A stretch of DNA of 34,326 bases from Catajapyx aquilonaris. Taxonomy: Eukaryota. The notes below the pieces were generated by a model that did no database searches, was not told where the DNA came from, and saw only the letters and a program-made list of their open reading frames with translations. Below are positions 10,489-20,337 of the stretch, piece after piece (positions within the stretch are counted from its first letter, which is position 1; each line of letters opens with the position of its first letter). Location of the stretch: positions 1-34,326 of the forward strand of contig JYFJ02006643.1 in the NCBI GenBank assembly GCA_000934665.2. Reading direction: 5' to 3'. Both the position numbers and the translations under genes were made by a program.

Positions 10489-13400
10489 GTAAAACTGACC
10501 ACTATCTGACCGATCAATGCATGTTGCTGCATTACACATTATGGGTCATGCAGGGGGTCGTATCACTTTCCGTGATAGTGTAGCAACGTCGCATGGTCGA
10601 TGGAAAGAAAAGATCAGACTGGTTTCACGCAAAAATAGGCGGTTCCATGGGAAACCTATTCTACTGGCTCATTACTAGTTTTTTTCGTTTTTTTTTTGGC
10701 AGTGTTTCAAGCCGATGGGCTTTAACGTGATTGAAGTTTTTAGCGCACACTCTAGCTCGCCACCGCATGTGCTTTTTTGACCCTGGCTTATAGCACCGTC
10801 CTGTAGATTGAGTGTAATGCAATCAAGATAATCACATTTACTCACACAGAAAGGATTCTCGTGCTGGGAGGGTTTTTTAAATCTGCACGTTGGATACCAG
10901 AGTCTGGTTTTAAAATGTGAAAGCCAGTTGGATATGGAAGTTCACCACAATACGGCTGGCTAATTATCTCACTCATATCGCATAATTATAATATTGTAAT
11001 ATTTGATAATGATGCTTATTCACTGTTGGTTTACAGGATTACCAAATGAAGCACATTACAGTATGCTGCTTTAATAATAATCAAAATTATAATAATTTTA
11101 TTTTAACAGGTGTGCTTGATAGCACTGAACGTCATAGGGGAAAAGTTAGTCCCAGATGGACTTGAAAAGGAACGAGACTTGTTGCCTTTAGTAGCTCCAC
11201 CAGCCGACTATGTATCCCCATACGATGACTTGGCCTTTTCCATGTACGTGGATGCAGAAGTATCCACCATCATCCGGAAGATGGAGAGAAAGAAACAAGA
11301 AGCTGTTGCAGGTAGCGCATTATAAAAACTAACTTTTCTGCTACAGCTTTGACAATAACCTACGTATTTAGGATCTAAGCTGAAATGTAGTGCTGAGCAG
11401 GACAAACGAAATTGCGAGCACTTTGCCCAAGCTTTTAGTGATTCATTACATGCTGCTTCCTGAAAGGATAATTATAATATTGGCACTCATCTTGATGCAT
11501 GCAGTCTAACCACACAATAGGGGCATGCTGGTTCTCTTGACCTACCCTGCTGCGTATACGAATATTAGCAGTGAATGAAATGAGTGACCTAGCAGCTATA
11601 GTGGTGCCAGTGGCTCAAAACAAATAGATTGCAAATGGGACCAGATGGTATCGACAAAAAAAAAAAACCCCCAGCTGGCACTTCTCACTCAGTTCCCCAC
11701 AAAAAAAAGCAAAAGGCCCGCATAATCGGTATATTTTTGTCTGGTCGATAGCAGAGAGATTTGAGTTCGCCAAAAAGTTGAAGGCAGCGATGGAAGCCCT
11801 GAGGCCCGGTGGCGAAAGACTCGGCAAGTACGAAGTTGAAAAAAGACAGGCCATCGAACTCGAAAACTACGACAAAGCTCAGCAGAAGAAAGCTCAACAG
11901 GAACAATATCGTCTACAGCTGTATCAAGCCCTCCAGATCTTCGACCTATTGGAGTTGGAAGGCGTAAGTTTGAAATATTTGGTCATGCCCTTTTCCTTTC
12001 ATTGAAGACCATTTCTTGTCTCGATAGCCTTCAGCCCAGAACGACGAGGCATTTGACGAGAGTCGGTTCCGGGAGCTTCCACCGCCTCCAAGATTGCCAA
12101 TGTCGCCGGAGTCTCCGGATTCTCTTCCACCTTTGGCAGCATCGCCTTCTTCTTCTTCCGGCGTCAATTTGCGATCTCGTTACGACGCGTATGACAATCG
12201 CGTTCTTCCGGCTCTTAGACTCAGGTAAGCATATCTACCTTCCTGTCATCGCGAAATTAGGAAGAAAATTGCCTCACTTAGTTACTGATGATGGTGGAAA
12301 GGGATGAAAAGAACTGACGATGGGGTTGAATAATTCATGCTGATTTGGTTGGATTTGAATTGAGGAAGACAACCGAGACGGAGAGGGTTTCCAATATTTA
12401 TGACTGATAAGAGGATTTCTTTACTTCAGAAAGGCCAGATTTATCTACGTTTGCATAGGGGTCAATTAAAAGCTCCAGTTATAATTATCGTGCAGTAATT
12501 TAGAGTGACGGAAACAGGGCGGAGTCAACCTTGACCTTTTCTACGTTTCACCTTGTTATCAAACATTGACCGTCCTTGTTTAAAGTCTCCTACGGCGCAT
12601 GTAAACGTCAATAGGCGAATCCATAAACCTTGAATAACTGCTGCATTCTCACTTGTCACACGAGGGGTTATTTTGGTTGTGGTTTTGTTGTTCCTACTTT
12701 TTAAATGGTCGTAGTAGCATGAAGATAGTAGCCTAATGGTATAGCACATCAATAGTTATTATGTGTAACTCTACTTAGAGACGGATGACTGTCGTTCTAC
12801 TTTGCTCTGGCATGTCGCTATTAGAACTTTTCAGTCCCTAGGCTAGGTAAACAGAATCAGGAAGCTACTAGAATTGCTAACAACTTCGACGCTAATGCAC
12901 TAATTAATTAGGCAATTAATGTATTTAGAATATGGTTATGACAAGGCTTCTCAAACTTCTGCAAATTTCTGTAATTGGCTATCTTTCCGAGAGGAAGGGA
13001 AATTAAGGGGAGTGACAACAAAACAGTTACAAAATTAAATAGAAAAAAATGTCAGTCAAATGAACCGTGAAGAAGTCTGCATGATAACCACGATGATAAC
13101 GCATTTTCTGTTATAAGACGCAAGGACAGTGTTTGTTTTATTTTGAAGATATGCCTTCCGATTGGCGGATATACTGTTTTACTGCCAAACAAATTAGTCA
13201 ATCTGCTTCAATTTCTCAATATGATTTTCGCAATATCGACTACATTGTGGAGCTCATTGCACATCAGCTTTCATTATGCGGTCTATGAGAATGTTACGGA
13301 ATATTTTGCCGGTTAGACCCTTCGGATATGCTACTAATGTATGATACTATGTGAAGGAGACTAGTGGTCTAACCCTTGGTCTAACCCTCGCATTCCTATA

Positions 13401-15762
13401 TGCATATGGGATGATATAAATAACATTGAGCTCATGCAGCATTGAGGCAAAATTGTGAGTCAACTTGACAAGTTTCTGTTTTAGATATCCAAAAGGAACA
13501 TACTGTACATGTGCGATAGACCAAGTATAACATTGTTGTGCTACATCTATAGTTTACATGGTAGTCTTTTATACCTTCGGGGTTTTTAAAAATTAATCCT
13601 GCTTTACAGTAATGGAGCTAGCGATCTTCTTTACGACTACAAGAAAGAACCTGAACGACCTTTGCCTGGAACTCTCTCAGCTAGTCGAGTAGGAACATTT
13701 GAACGTGAGAAAAAACCCCTGGACGAATCATTACCTATCAATGTGTTTGGAAAACTAATGGTAAAAGCCGCCCACACCACACCCGTTGAAATTCTAATAA
13801 AACATTTCCTCCACCCAAGGTTGAGAAGTTTCAATCGAAAAAGTTTCCCGAGAAAGAAGAGGGTTTGCGACAATTGGAAAGAGCCCTTCGTGGGTTTGAA
13901 CGTAAGGAAGCAAAACAATCCGGAACTCGAGTTGCCCGGGCAGCTGTGGTCCTATTGCACAGAGCGATTCGCGACAAGGTCCTCAGCCTCTTCACTCTAG
14001 CTTCTCACGTGATGTTATACTTCTTCACCCAGTTTGTGTCCAAGAACAGAGTGTCCAGCACCGAAATTCTGCACAGTGTAGATCACTTGTTGCCAGAGCT
14101 ACTGCTTCAAGCCGGCGACAGTGCTCCGAGAATCAGAGACACTGCCATTCACACCATACTTCAAATGGCCAACTCTTCTCCTCTGAGGTCAGTGGCCATC
14201 AAAACTGGCAATGACATTGACTGATAAGTGTCTTTTATTGTAGGGAACTCCATGCAATTCCAGTTCACTTGACGAGGCCATTTGAAGGCAATGTTCATCC
14301 TCGAGTTGCGCAAGGACGAGCTGAACTGGTTCAGCAACTTGTCCATAAATATGGCGTGTCTACGGAGAAGGGAAGGTGTGTTTTGTTAGGAGTCTAGACA
14401 TAATACTGTCTCGAGTATTTATGTTTTTTTCTTCTCTTTGTCTCACTCTTAGTGGAATGACATGCAGCGCCTTGGCCAAGTTTGGCGTATCAGCTTTGAA
14501 TCAACCTTCAGAAGCAGTCCGTAGGTTAGCTGAACGTTTATTGGTGGAGCTGTACAAGTGCAATCCACGCCTAGTGAGAAAGCATCTTCCCACTGATGAC
14601 GATTACATCCGCCGAAATTTACAATATCGTCATCTCTTCGACGAGTTTGAAAAGATTGACAAAGAGGTTATATAATATTTGTGTTGATTTTCCCTTCTCT
14701 TTCAATCGCCTGAAATTTTTCAGAGACGCGACTTGTTGAAGAATTCAAACTTGAACCATAAGAATCATCACAGCAAAGGAATGAGTTGTAGCACCAGCAG
14801 CAGTAGTAACAGCAGCACCAGTAGCAGTTGCAGCAGTAGCATCTGCAGCAAAAATGGTAAGGCTAGTGTCCTTCCGAGCCAAATCAGTGCCAATCAGAGC
14901 GCATCTGTCGACGACAGTGAGCAGTTACCGTCTGACAGCAAAATACCGTAAGTTTGTGCATGAGCAGTTGCACCACTATTTTCTAAATCGTAACATGCCC
15001 TTTTCGGAAGCAGGTTCTGCATATTTTGCCTGGAAAGCAGCCCAAAGTTTGATGAGAGAGGGCTGAACCTTCATTACTGGAAATCTTGCCCTTTACTAAT
15101 GCAGTGTGTACATTGTCGACAAGTGGTGGAGATTGCTGGGATCAATGATCATCTCCTGGGTGAGCACAACCTATACAACGTCACTGTACTGCCCCAGTAG
15201 AATAGTGTTTCCATAATAATGAATGGCACATTTCACTCTCACACGTGACTGACATGTACAGTATTTGCAATATATTATGTAAGTGCTATTGTGTTGATTG
15301 CTTACACTACATTTTCAGAGGAATGTGATGCAGCCAGCGCTTATCAAAGATGTGCCAGATGTTTAGAGGCAGTACATAAGGATGCCCTAGACAGACACAA
15401 AGACTGCAAGCGTAAGTCTCTTCTGTTGGCTGCTTAGAAACATGCTTGGAGGTACCTAGTAGGAACAAATGCTCTTTAATGTATTCTAGCTGGCCCGGAA
15501 GAAGGCGTGGGAAATAGGTGTCCTCTGTGCCACAGAAGCATCGGCCCTTGGGAGGAAGGGTGGAGGCAACATCTCGCTGGACCAGACTCATGCCCTGCCA
15601 ATGTCAGGAGACGTCGAGGTACCGGTATCAATATTGCTGGTCACATTACTGAAGTTACAATGTTACTGTATTTATGTTGCAGACTCGGGCCGACAGAATG
15701 GACGAGCACAATCGGCAATGTCTTCTTCCAGGCACAAAATGACCAACTCTCATACCAGGTAA
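10277..15762 (+). CDS. CEP104: Centrosomal protein of 104 kDa (CEP104) homologue, 13 coding exons, 5'-incomplete in window
   Basis: Manually spliced exons: 10277-10488, 11110-11311, 11752-11963, 12028-12224, 13610-13760, 13820-14187, 14244-14375, 14453-14666, 14724-14947, 15014-15159, 15319-15411, 15490-15618, 15683-15762. All introns are GT-AG with compatible phases and no internal stop. CEP104 hallmarks: LGFVSLSDN..TGHKARELKSV, QVCLIALNVIG, SPYDDLAFSMYVDAEV, ERFEFAKKLK..GERLGKYEVEKRQAIELENYD, YDNRVLPALR, RAIRDKV, and CIFC..HYWKSC / CVHC..HLLEEC / CARC..HKDC / CPLC..HLAGPDSC zinc fingers. Confidence 0.93.
11110..11311 (+). CDS. CEP104: CEP104 exon
   Basis: ttttaacag|GTG..GCAG|gtagcg; VCLIALNVIGEK..SPYDDLAFSMYVDAEVSTIIRKMERKKQEAVA. 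Confidence 0.9.
11752..11963 (+). CDS. CEP104: CEP104 exon (coiled coil)
   Basis: Tandem tagcag acceptor; ERFEFAKKLKAAMEALRPGGERLGKYEVEKRQAIELENYDKA..LELEG|gtaagt. Confidence 0.9.
12028..12224 (+). CDS. CEP104: CEP104 exon (Pro/Ser-rich linker)
   Basis: gatag|CCT..CTCAG|gtaagc; PSAQNDEAF..LPPPPRLPMSPESP..YDAYDNRVLPALRL. Confidence 0.85.
13610..13760 (+). CDS. CEP104: CEP104 exon (start of TOG domain)
   Basis: ttacag|T..CTAATG|gtaaaa; NGASDLLYDYKKEPERPLPG..LPINVFGKLM. Confidence 0.8.
13820..14187 (+). CDS. CEP104: CEP104 exon (TOG/HEAT repeats)
   Basis: ccaag|GTT..CTGAG|gtcagt; VEKFQSKKFPEKEEGLRQL..AAVVLLHRAIRDKVLSLF..LPELLLQAGDSAPRIRDTA. Confidence 0.88.
14244..14375 (+). CDS. CEP104: CEP104 exon (TOG)
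   Basis: ttgtag|G..GGAAG|gtgtgt; ELHAIPVHLTRPFEGNVHPRVAQGRAELVQQLVHKYGVSTEKG. Confidence 0.85.
14453..14666 (+). CDS. CEP104: CEP104 exon (end of TOG)
   Basis: cttag|T..AAAGAG|gttata; GMTCSALAKFGVSALNQPSEAVRRLAERLLVELYK..RRNLQYRHLFDEFEKIDKE. Confidence 0.88.
14724..14947 (+). CDS. CEP104: CEP104 exon (Ser-rich linker)
   Basis: tttcag|AGA..ATACC|gtaagt; AGC/AGT-rich run encoding STSSSSNSSTSSSCSSS; ends SDSKIP across the junction. Confidence 0.82.
15014..15159 (+). CDS. CEP104: CEP104 exon (C2HC zinc fingers 1-2)
   Basis: aagcag|G..CTGG|gtgagc; FCIFCLESSPKFDERGLNLHYWKSCPLLMQCVHCRQVVEIAGINDHLL. Confidence 0.9.
15319..15411 (+). CDS. CEP104: CEP104 exon (zinc finger 3)
   Basis: ttttcag|AG..AAGC|gtaagt; ECDAASAYQRCARCLEAVHKDALDRHKDCK. 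Confidence 0.88.
15490..15618 (+). CDS. CEP104: CEP104 exon (zinc finger 4)
   Basis: ttctag|CT..CGAG|gtaccg; GPEEGVGNRCPLCHRSIGPWEEGWRQHLAGPDSCPANVRRRR. Confidence 0.88.
15683..15762 (+). CDS. CEP104: CEP104 probable last coding exon
   Basis: ttgcag|AC; DSGRQNGRAQSAMSSSRHKMTNSHTR then TAA at 15760-15762, with overlapping AATAAA motifs immediately after. Confidence 0.65.
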
Positions 15763-16785
15763 AAATAAAATAAAACTCTTTTACTGTATCAGTACGTGCA
15801 CCTTTACCTCATTGTTGTGGCCAACAATATTCGACGTTTTCCAGTACTGTTGACCATTGCGAAGGGTGAAAGATCCATGTACAGCAAATTACAAGATGGG
15901 ATATTGTTTCTATTGATGATGCGTTATTTTGTTCTGCTGGACAGAAAGTGATGAGGAGGACATCCTTTTACAACGCTTATACTGTTGTTATTGTTGTTGT
16001 TGGAACACATGTTTTGGGTACTCTCCGTGTGTTTCGTGGCTTGAAGATTTGGTGCTGAAAATTTACTATAGCGAAGAACCACTTGTTGCAGTCCATGTTA
16101 GGCTGGGAGGATATTTTAGAATAAAATGAAAGGATATTGTCGCTCTTGATTTCTACAGCACATGTATTTGTATCACTACTGTAGAAATACTGTATGACCA
16201 TTATGTCCCGATAAGTCAACACAATATTTTATAGGCACGACGACAAATATTCCACAGTTGTCAGTTACCCGTGCCCAGCATCTTCCACAGTTCCACAAGT
16301 TCTTGTTTTGGGTAATGTTCAAATCTTAATGCCATCAGTATTATTGTTACAGTCATGGTAGGTCAAACGTTTCTTCCAGTGTTTTCCATTCGTGTAATTT
16401 TTCCAATTTTCTTTTGCGTGTGTATGCATTCTTGTAGGCCACATTCGGGACAGCGATTTAGTCCGGAACCGTCCGGAACTCACTCTTCAAATTAGGTTCC
16501 TGTCTTTTTCTGAAGTCTTGGAAGACAGTATTATCTCAAGCGAATGGTGTTAGCATTTTGAAATAAGCAATACAATCTATGGCCAAGTTGCTGCACCACT
16601 TTGAATCCAATCTGTGATAGCTCGATCTGTCCGAAAAAAAATGTACATTTTCCTTCCACTCGATATTTGCTCCTTCTAATCAAGACGTGTAATAAAGTAA
16701 ATACAATATTATAATAATATATACGGAAGTAAAGTTAATCTGAAATGTACTTCTTCTGTATATGATTTGTTAATAGCGGCAACAC

Positions 16786-16786
<1 letters not shown>

Positions 16787-16849
<63 letters not shown>
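16787..16849. repeat. (ATT)21 microsatellite
   Basis: Direct reading. Confidence 0.97.
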
Positions 16850-16917
16850 TCACTTTGAAAATTAGGCAATTTTGACAGAGATAGTGCAGCTGTAGATATT
16901 GCAATTAATTCCAGTGT

Positions 16918-16990
16918 GCTCTCATAGCTCAGTTGGAAGAGCAACAGCTTCTAAAGCTGGAGGTCCCGGGTTCGAATCCCGGTGAGGGCA
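16918..16990 (+). tRNA. tRNA-like gene with CTA (amber suppressor) anticodon; may be a repeat-borne pseudogene
   Basis: 73-nt cloverleaf: acceptor GCTCTCA/TGAGGGC, D stem GCTC/GAGC with loop AGTTGGAA, anticodon stem ACAGC/GCTGG (one terminal mismatch) with loop TT-CTA-AA (CTA at 16951-16953), variable loop AGGTC, T stem CCGGG/CCCGG with loop TTCGAAT, discriminator A. TTTT at 17014-17017. Confidence 0.65.
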
Positions 16991-17493
16991 CGGCTGCCAT
17001 CTAGCAACCTGAATTTTGAGGGAAAGCTGCACACTGGAGTAACACCTTGTAGTTTTCATGAGAAGGAGCCAGTGAACTATTTGTTTGTACAGAGAAATAT
17101 TTATAATACAATGGTGTCGCAGAATATACTCATTGGGAAATAACTTAAGTAAGTAGAGTGGCTTTACCCAGTAGACATGCAGCGACAATGCGAAGATTGG
17201 GAAATAGGTTCACTTTTATTTATTTATTTTTTACTTGGAGTATGCAGTGTGGATATGACAGCATTCTTGAATGGCCCTCAAAGATATAGCGCCAGGCATA
17301 CTACCTGGAATATTATGGCCACTATTTTGTCATGTCACCGGAGGTCCTATATCCTACAGCTACAGGCGCTAGGGCATAAGATGCTACATTCAAATAGGTG
17401 GCTGTTGTAATATAATCAGGGCAGGTGGTAATAATTTTCGTCTAACTATTGGGCTGTTTAACTCGAAAGAAGTTTGGCTTGCAAATTAAAGTA

Positions 17494-17730
17494 GCGGCAG
17501 TCTAACTTCAGACGATACACACAACACACTGTCGTGCAAGTCAATGGAATGAACTTGAAATCCCGCCTCCTCTCTTGCCAGCCAATCGAAATGAGAGTCA
17601 AATGAAGTGCAATAATTGTAAAATTAAAATTTACAATTTATTTTAACAAACAGTTGTAAACATAGCGATTGTAGCGTATATAGGGCTTGAGGCAAGGGCG
17701 CGATCATACTTTTCTAGGTTAGACTGCCGC
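17494..17730. mobile_element. Small MITE with 13-bp TIRs
   Basis: GCGGCAGTCTAAC (17494-17506) / GTTAGACTGCCGC (17718-17730); TA close to both ends. Confidence 0.6.
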
Positions 17731-19412
17731 CTAATTAGGACATCCACGACAGGCATAGTTTTTTTCTCTCCATAGTGGCGTGCTCATTAATTGAAAAAAT
17801 GACCTCCATCAGTACGAGAACCTATTCCCCAACTCTTGCAGAATAGAACGATACAAGACGCAGAGAAGGTCAAAGTTTTATTTTTCTTTCCCTTCTCTTT
17901 TTTCAAAGCATATGCATATTTATTCAGTGTCAAAATATGTTGTGAATATTAATGTGAATGAGTATTCAAGACTGTCCCAATGATCTTGGAATAACATCAC
18001 TATATTATCATTTTCCAGTATTCAGGTAAAAAAGAAAGTACTTGTTGGGGAGCAGCAACTGTTCTTCACATCTTTTGTAACCGCTTTTTCAGATTTGCAC
18101 ATAAGGATGTTGTAAATTGGGAATGTAGTGCCGTAATGACGTATTTAAATTGTCATGTTGTGTAGTAAGATGATGCACCATGTAGTCAATTGGTATATGT
18201 GTTTGTTTATGATACCAAAATTACACGCACTCAACTTTTGTATTGAAATGTGGAGTGTCTCTTTATTAATAATTACCGTTTAAGTTATATACACAAAATG
18301 GAAAATAATCTGGAGCCTAAAATACAATAAAAATATGCAGGATGTTCCTGAACGATGGTTGATTTCCCCCANCCCCCCATTAGTGTAATTAGTATCGCTA
18401 CCTAAAGCAACACTACTTGTTGCCAACATACTAGCTACAAGTAGGCCTATTAGTCTTTTACCTCATCACTCATCACATACCATGTTTATGTCTTTTCTGT
18501 TACGCCGATCCGGCAATATAAGGTGTTCCAACGGGAGATTTCCTATATTAATTGACAAACCATTTACTCGAGGCGTTAGTTGTTATGAAAAAAATGTGTA
18601 TACAGTACACCTCCAGTTAAAGACACATTTACACGAGTAAACTCCTAAACGGCATTGATATCTCGCATTAACTGCTTTAAAAAAAATGACACTTCTGTCA
18701 GTTACTTGTCGGGCAAAAAATAGTAATACTTGTACATTAGATTGAAAAATGTATTTCAGGCCCTGAATGTAAATAACTTCTCGAGGTAGGTTGGTTTTGA
18801 TTAATACGATGCCATCCATCTCCATCTCAGACGATTTCATTTCATTCAGAAAAATACTCTTTATCGCATTTTTCAAAGTTCAAGTTTTCCTCAGTGCATG
18901 GGATACCAAAAACAGTTCATTTTCAGGCACATATATCCGGTTATCATCAATTCTAGGAACACAAGATGCACTTGGGATAATGCAATCTCATTAATACGAT
19001 GTCTCCATAAAAGGATGTGAAATCGGAAGCACTTTTTCAAAAAAAGTGCTTCCGATTTCACACCTGTGTCGTACACACGTTTCATATTGCCTCACAAGGC
19101 CGAACAAGTTTTTCTAACCAGCATGATCAGCAAAAACCATGACATATATAGCACCGGTAAAGCGACGTTTTCGAAGAAATAAAAATCAATCTGTAATGAA
19201 CAGAAAAAAAAAAACCGAGCTTGTGAGAACCATCATGCATGTCGCATCTCATCAGTATTCGTGAGAGCTCCCTACGTTAGAAATGGCGTAGGAACCACTG
19301 GGAATCGACATCAAGGGTTGAACCTCTTTCTCTTTTTTCTTCTTTTCTTTCTTTCTTTTTCTTTTTCTTTTTTTTTTGGCCAAACCAGCCCCTCTCCCAC
19401 GGTCCCCTACAC

Positions 19413-19775
19413 CAGGGGTGGGCAAACTTTTTTTTTTCCTCCGTGGACCGCATAGAGATTTTTTAAAAATTGACGGGCCGCTTCTAACAAAGGAAATTTC
19501 AACTTATAAAAAAGTTTACATCGTTTTAAATGAACTTCTATTAATTGCATAAATAATCATTAATTCTCTGAAAATCGATAAAAGTAGCTATAAATATATC
19601 AATGAAAATGGCATGTATAAATAAAAAACAAAAGTTTTGTGAATTTAAAAGAATTAAAAAGAAAGGCACAGGCATAAAATTTCGCAATTTTCATTTTTCA
19701 ACATTTTCAGGAATACCGAAATTTTTGCACGGCCCGCACAAATTGTCTTCGCGGGCCGTAGTTTGCCCACCCCTG
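19413..19775. mobile_element. hAT (Buster/Charlie-like) MITE
   Basis: 15-bp TIR CAGGGGTGGGCAAAC / GTTTGCCCACCCCTG; subterminal GGGCCG/CGGCCC motifs; degenerate 8-bp TSD CCCTACAC vs CC--ACAC. Confidence 0.85.
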
Positions 19776-19869
19776 CCACACTTCATACTTTTCAATATTA
19801 GCACCATGCCTAATACATTTTCACCTTTGGACTGATCAATAAATAACATGGAACACCCTGTATTTTTCC

Positions 19870-20301
19870 GGGACTATACCGAGTACCGGAACCAAAACCC
19901 GGCCCAAAATTGCATTTCCATTTGAAAAATCCGGGCCTTTCACGCTTCCCTCCACTGTGCCTTACAACCAATCAGAGCGCCCGTAGCTCCCTTTCCTTGT
20001 GGGGCGAAAGGAGTTGTAACGGCGTCTGTGATAGGCTGCCAGTCCCCCATTCCCTTGTTGCATTTCCAGTTATGCGTACCTGAAAAAAAAAAACGAAGTG
20101 GGCTTCTTGCCGTTTTTCTGTTTTGAACGCCTAAAAACCGGGTGTGGACCGGGTTTTGCATGCGAATGGAAGCGGCGTTGGGCTGGTGAAAGGATCCGGG
20201 TGTGTTGTTGGCCCTGTCCGCACGAGGTTGGTTTCGTACCCGGGGGCCGCCCCCCCGTCATCGCGCCTGCCCCGTTCTGAGATTGTCCACCTCTATTCAA
20301 G
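19870..20301 (+). promoter_or_regulatory. Probable CpG-rich promoter/5' UTR of a second gene
   Basis: Locally GC/CpG-rich, CCAATCAG near 19968, directly upstream of an ATG in good context and a consensus splice donor. Confidence 0.5.
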
Positions 20302-20337
20302 ATGGCCGATCCAACGGCCAGCTATTATCATGCTCAG
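20302..20337 (+). CDS. Probable first coding exon (MADPTASYYHAQ) of an unidentified gene with a long first intron
   Basis: CAAG-ATG-G start context, 12 open codons, CAG|GTGAGA donor at 20338, followed by G/T-rich intron-like sequence; no downstream exon recognised. Confidence 0.5.

Noticed and set aside
18518..19862. Possible Tc1-like element (TATAAGGTGTTCCA..TGGAACACCCTGTA) hosting the hAT MITE
   Set aside because: Inverted match is only about 14 bp with mismatches; the pairing of ends is not supportable
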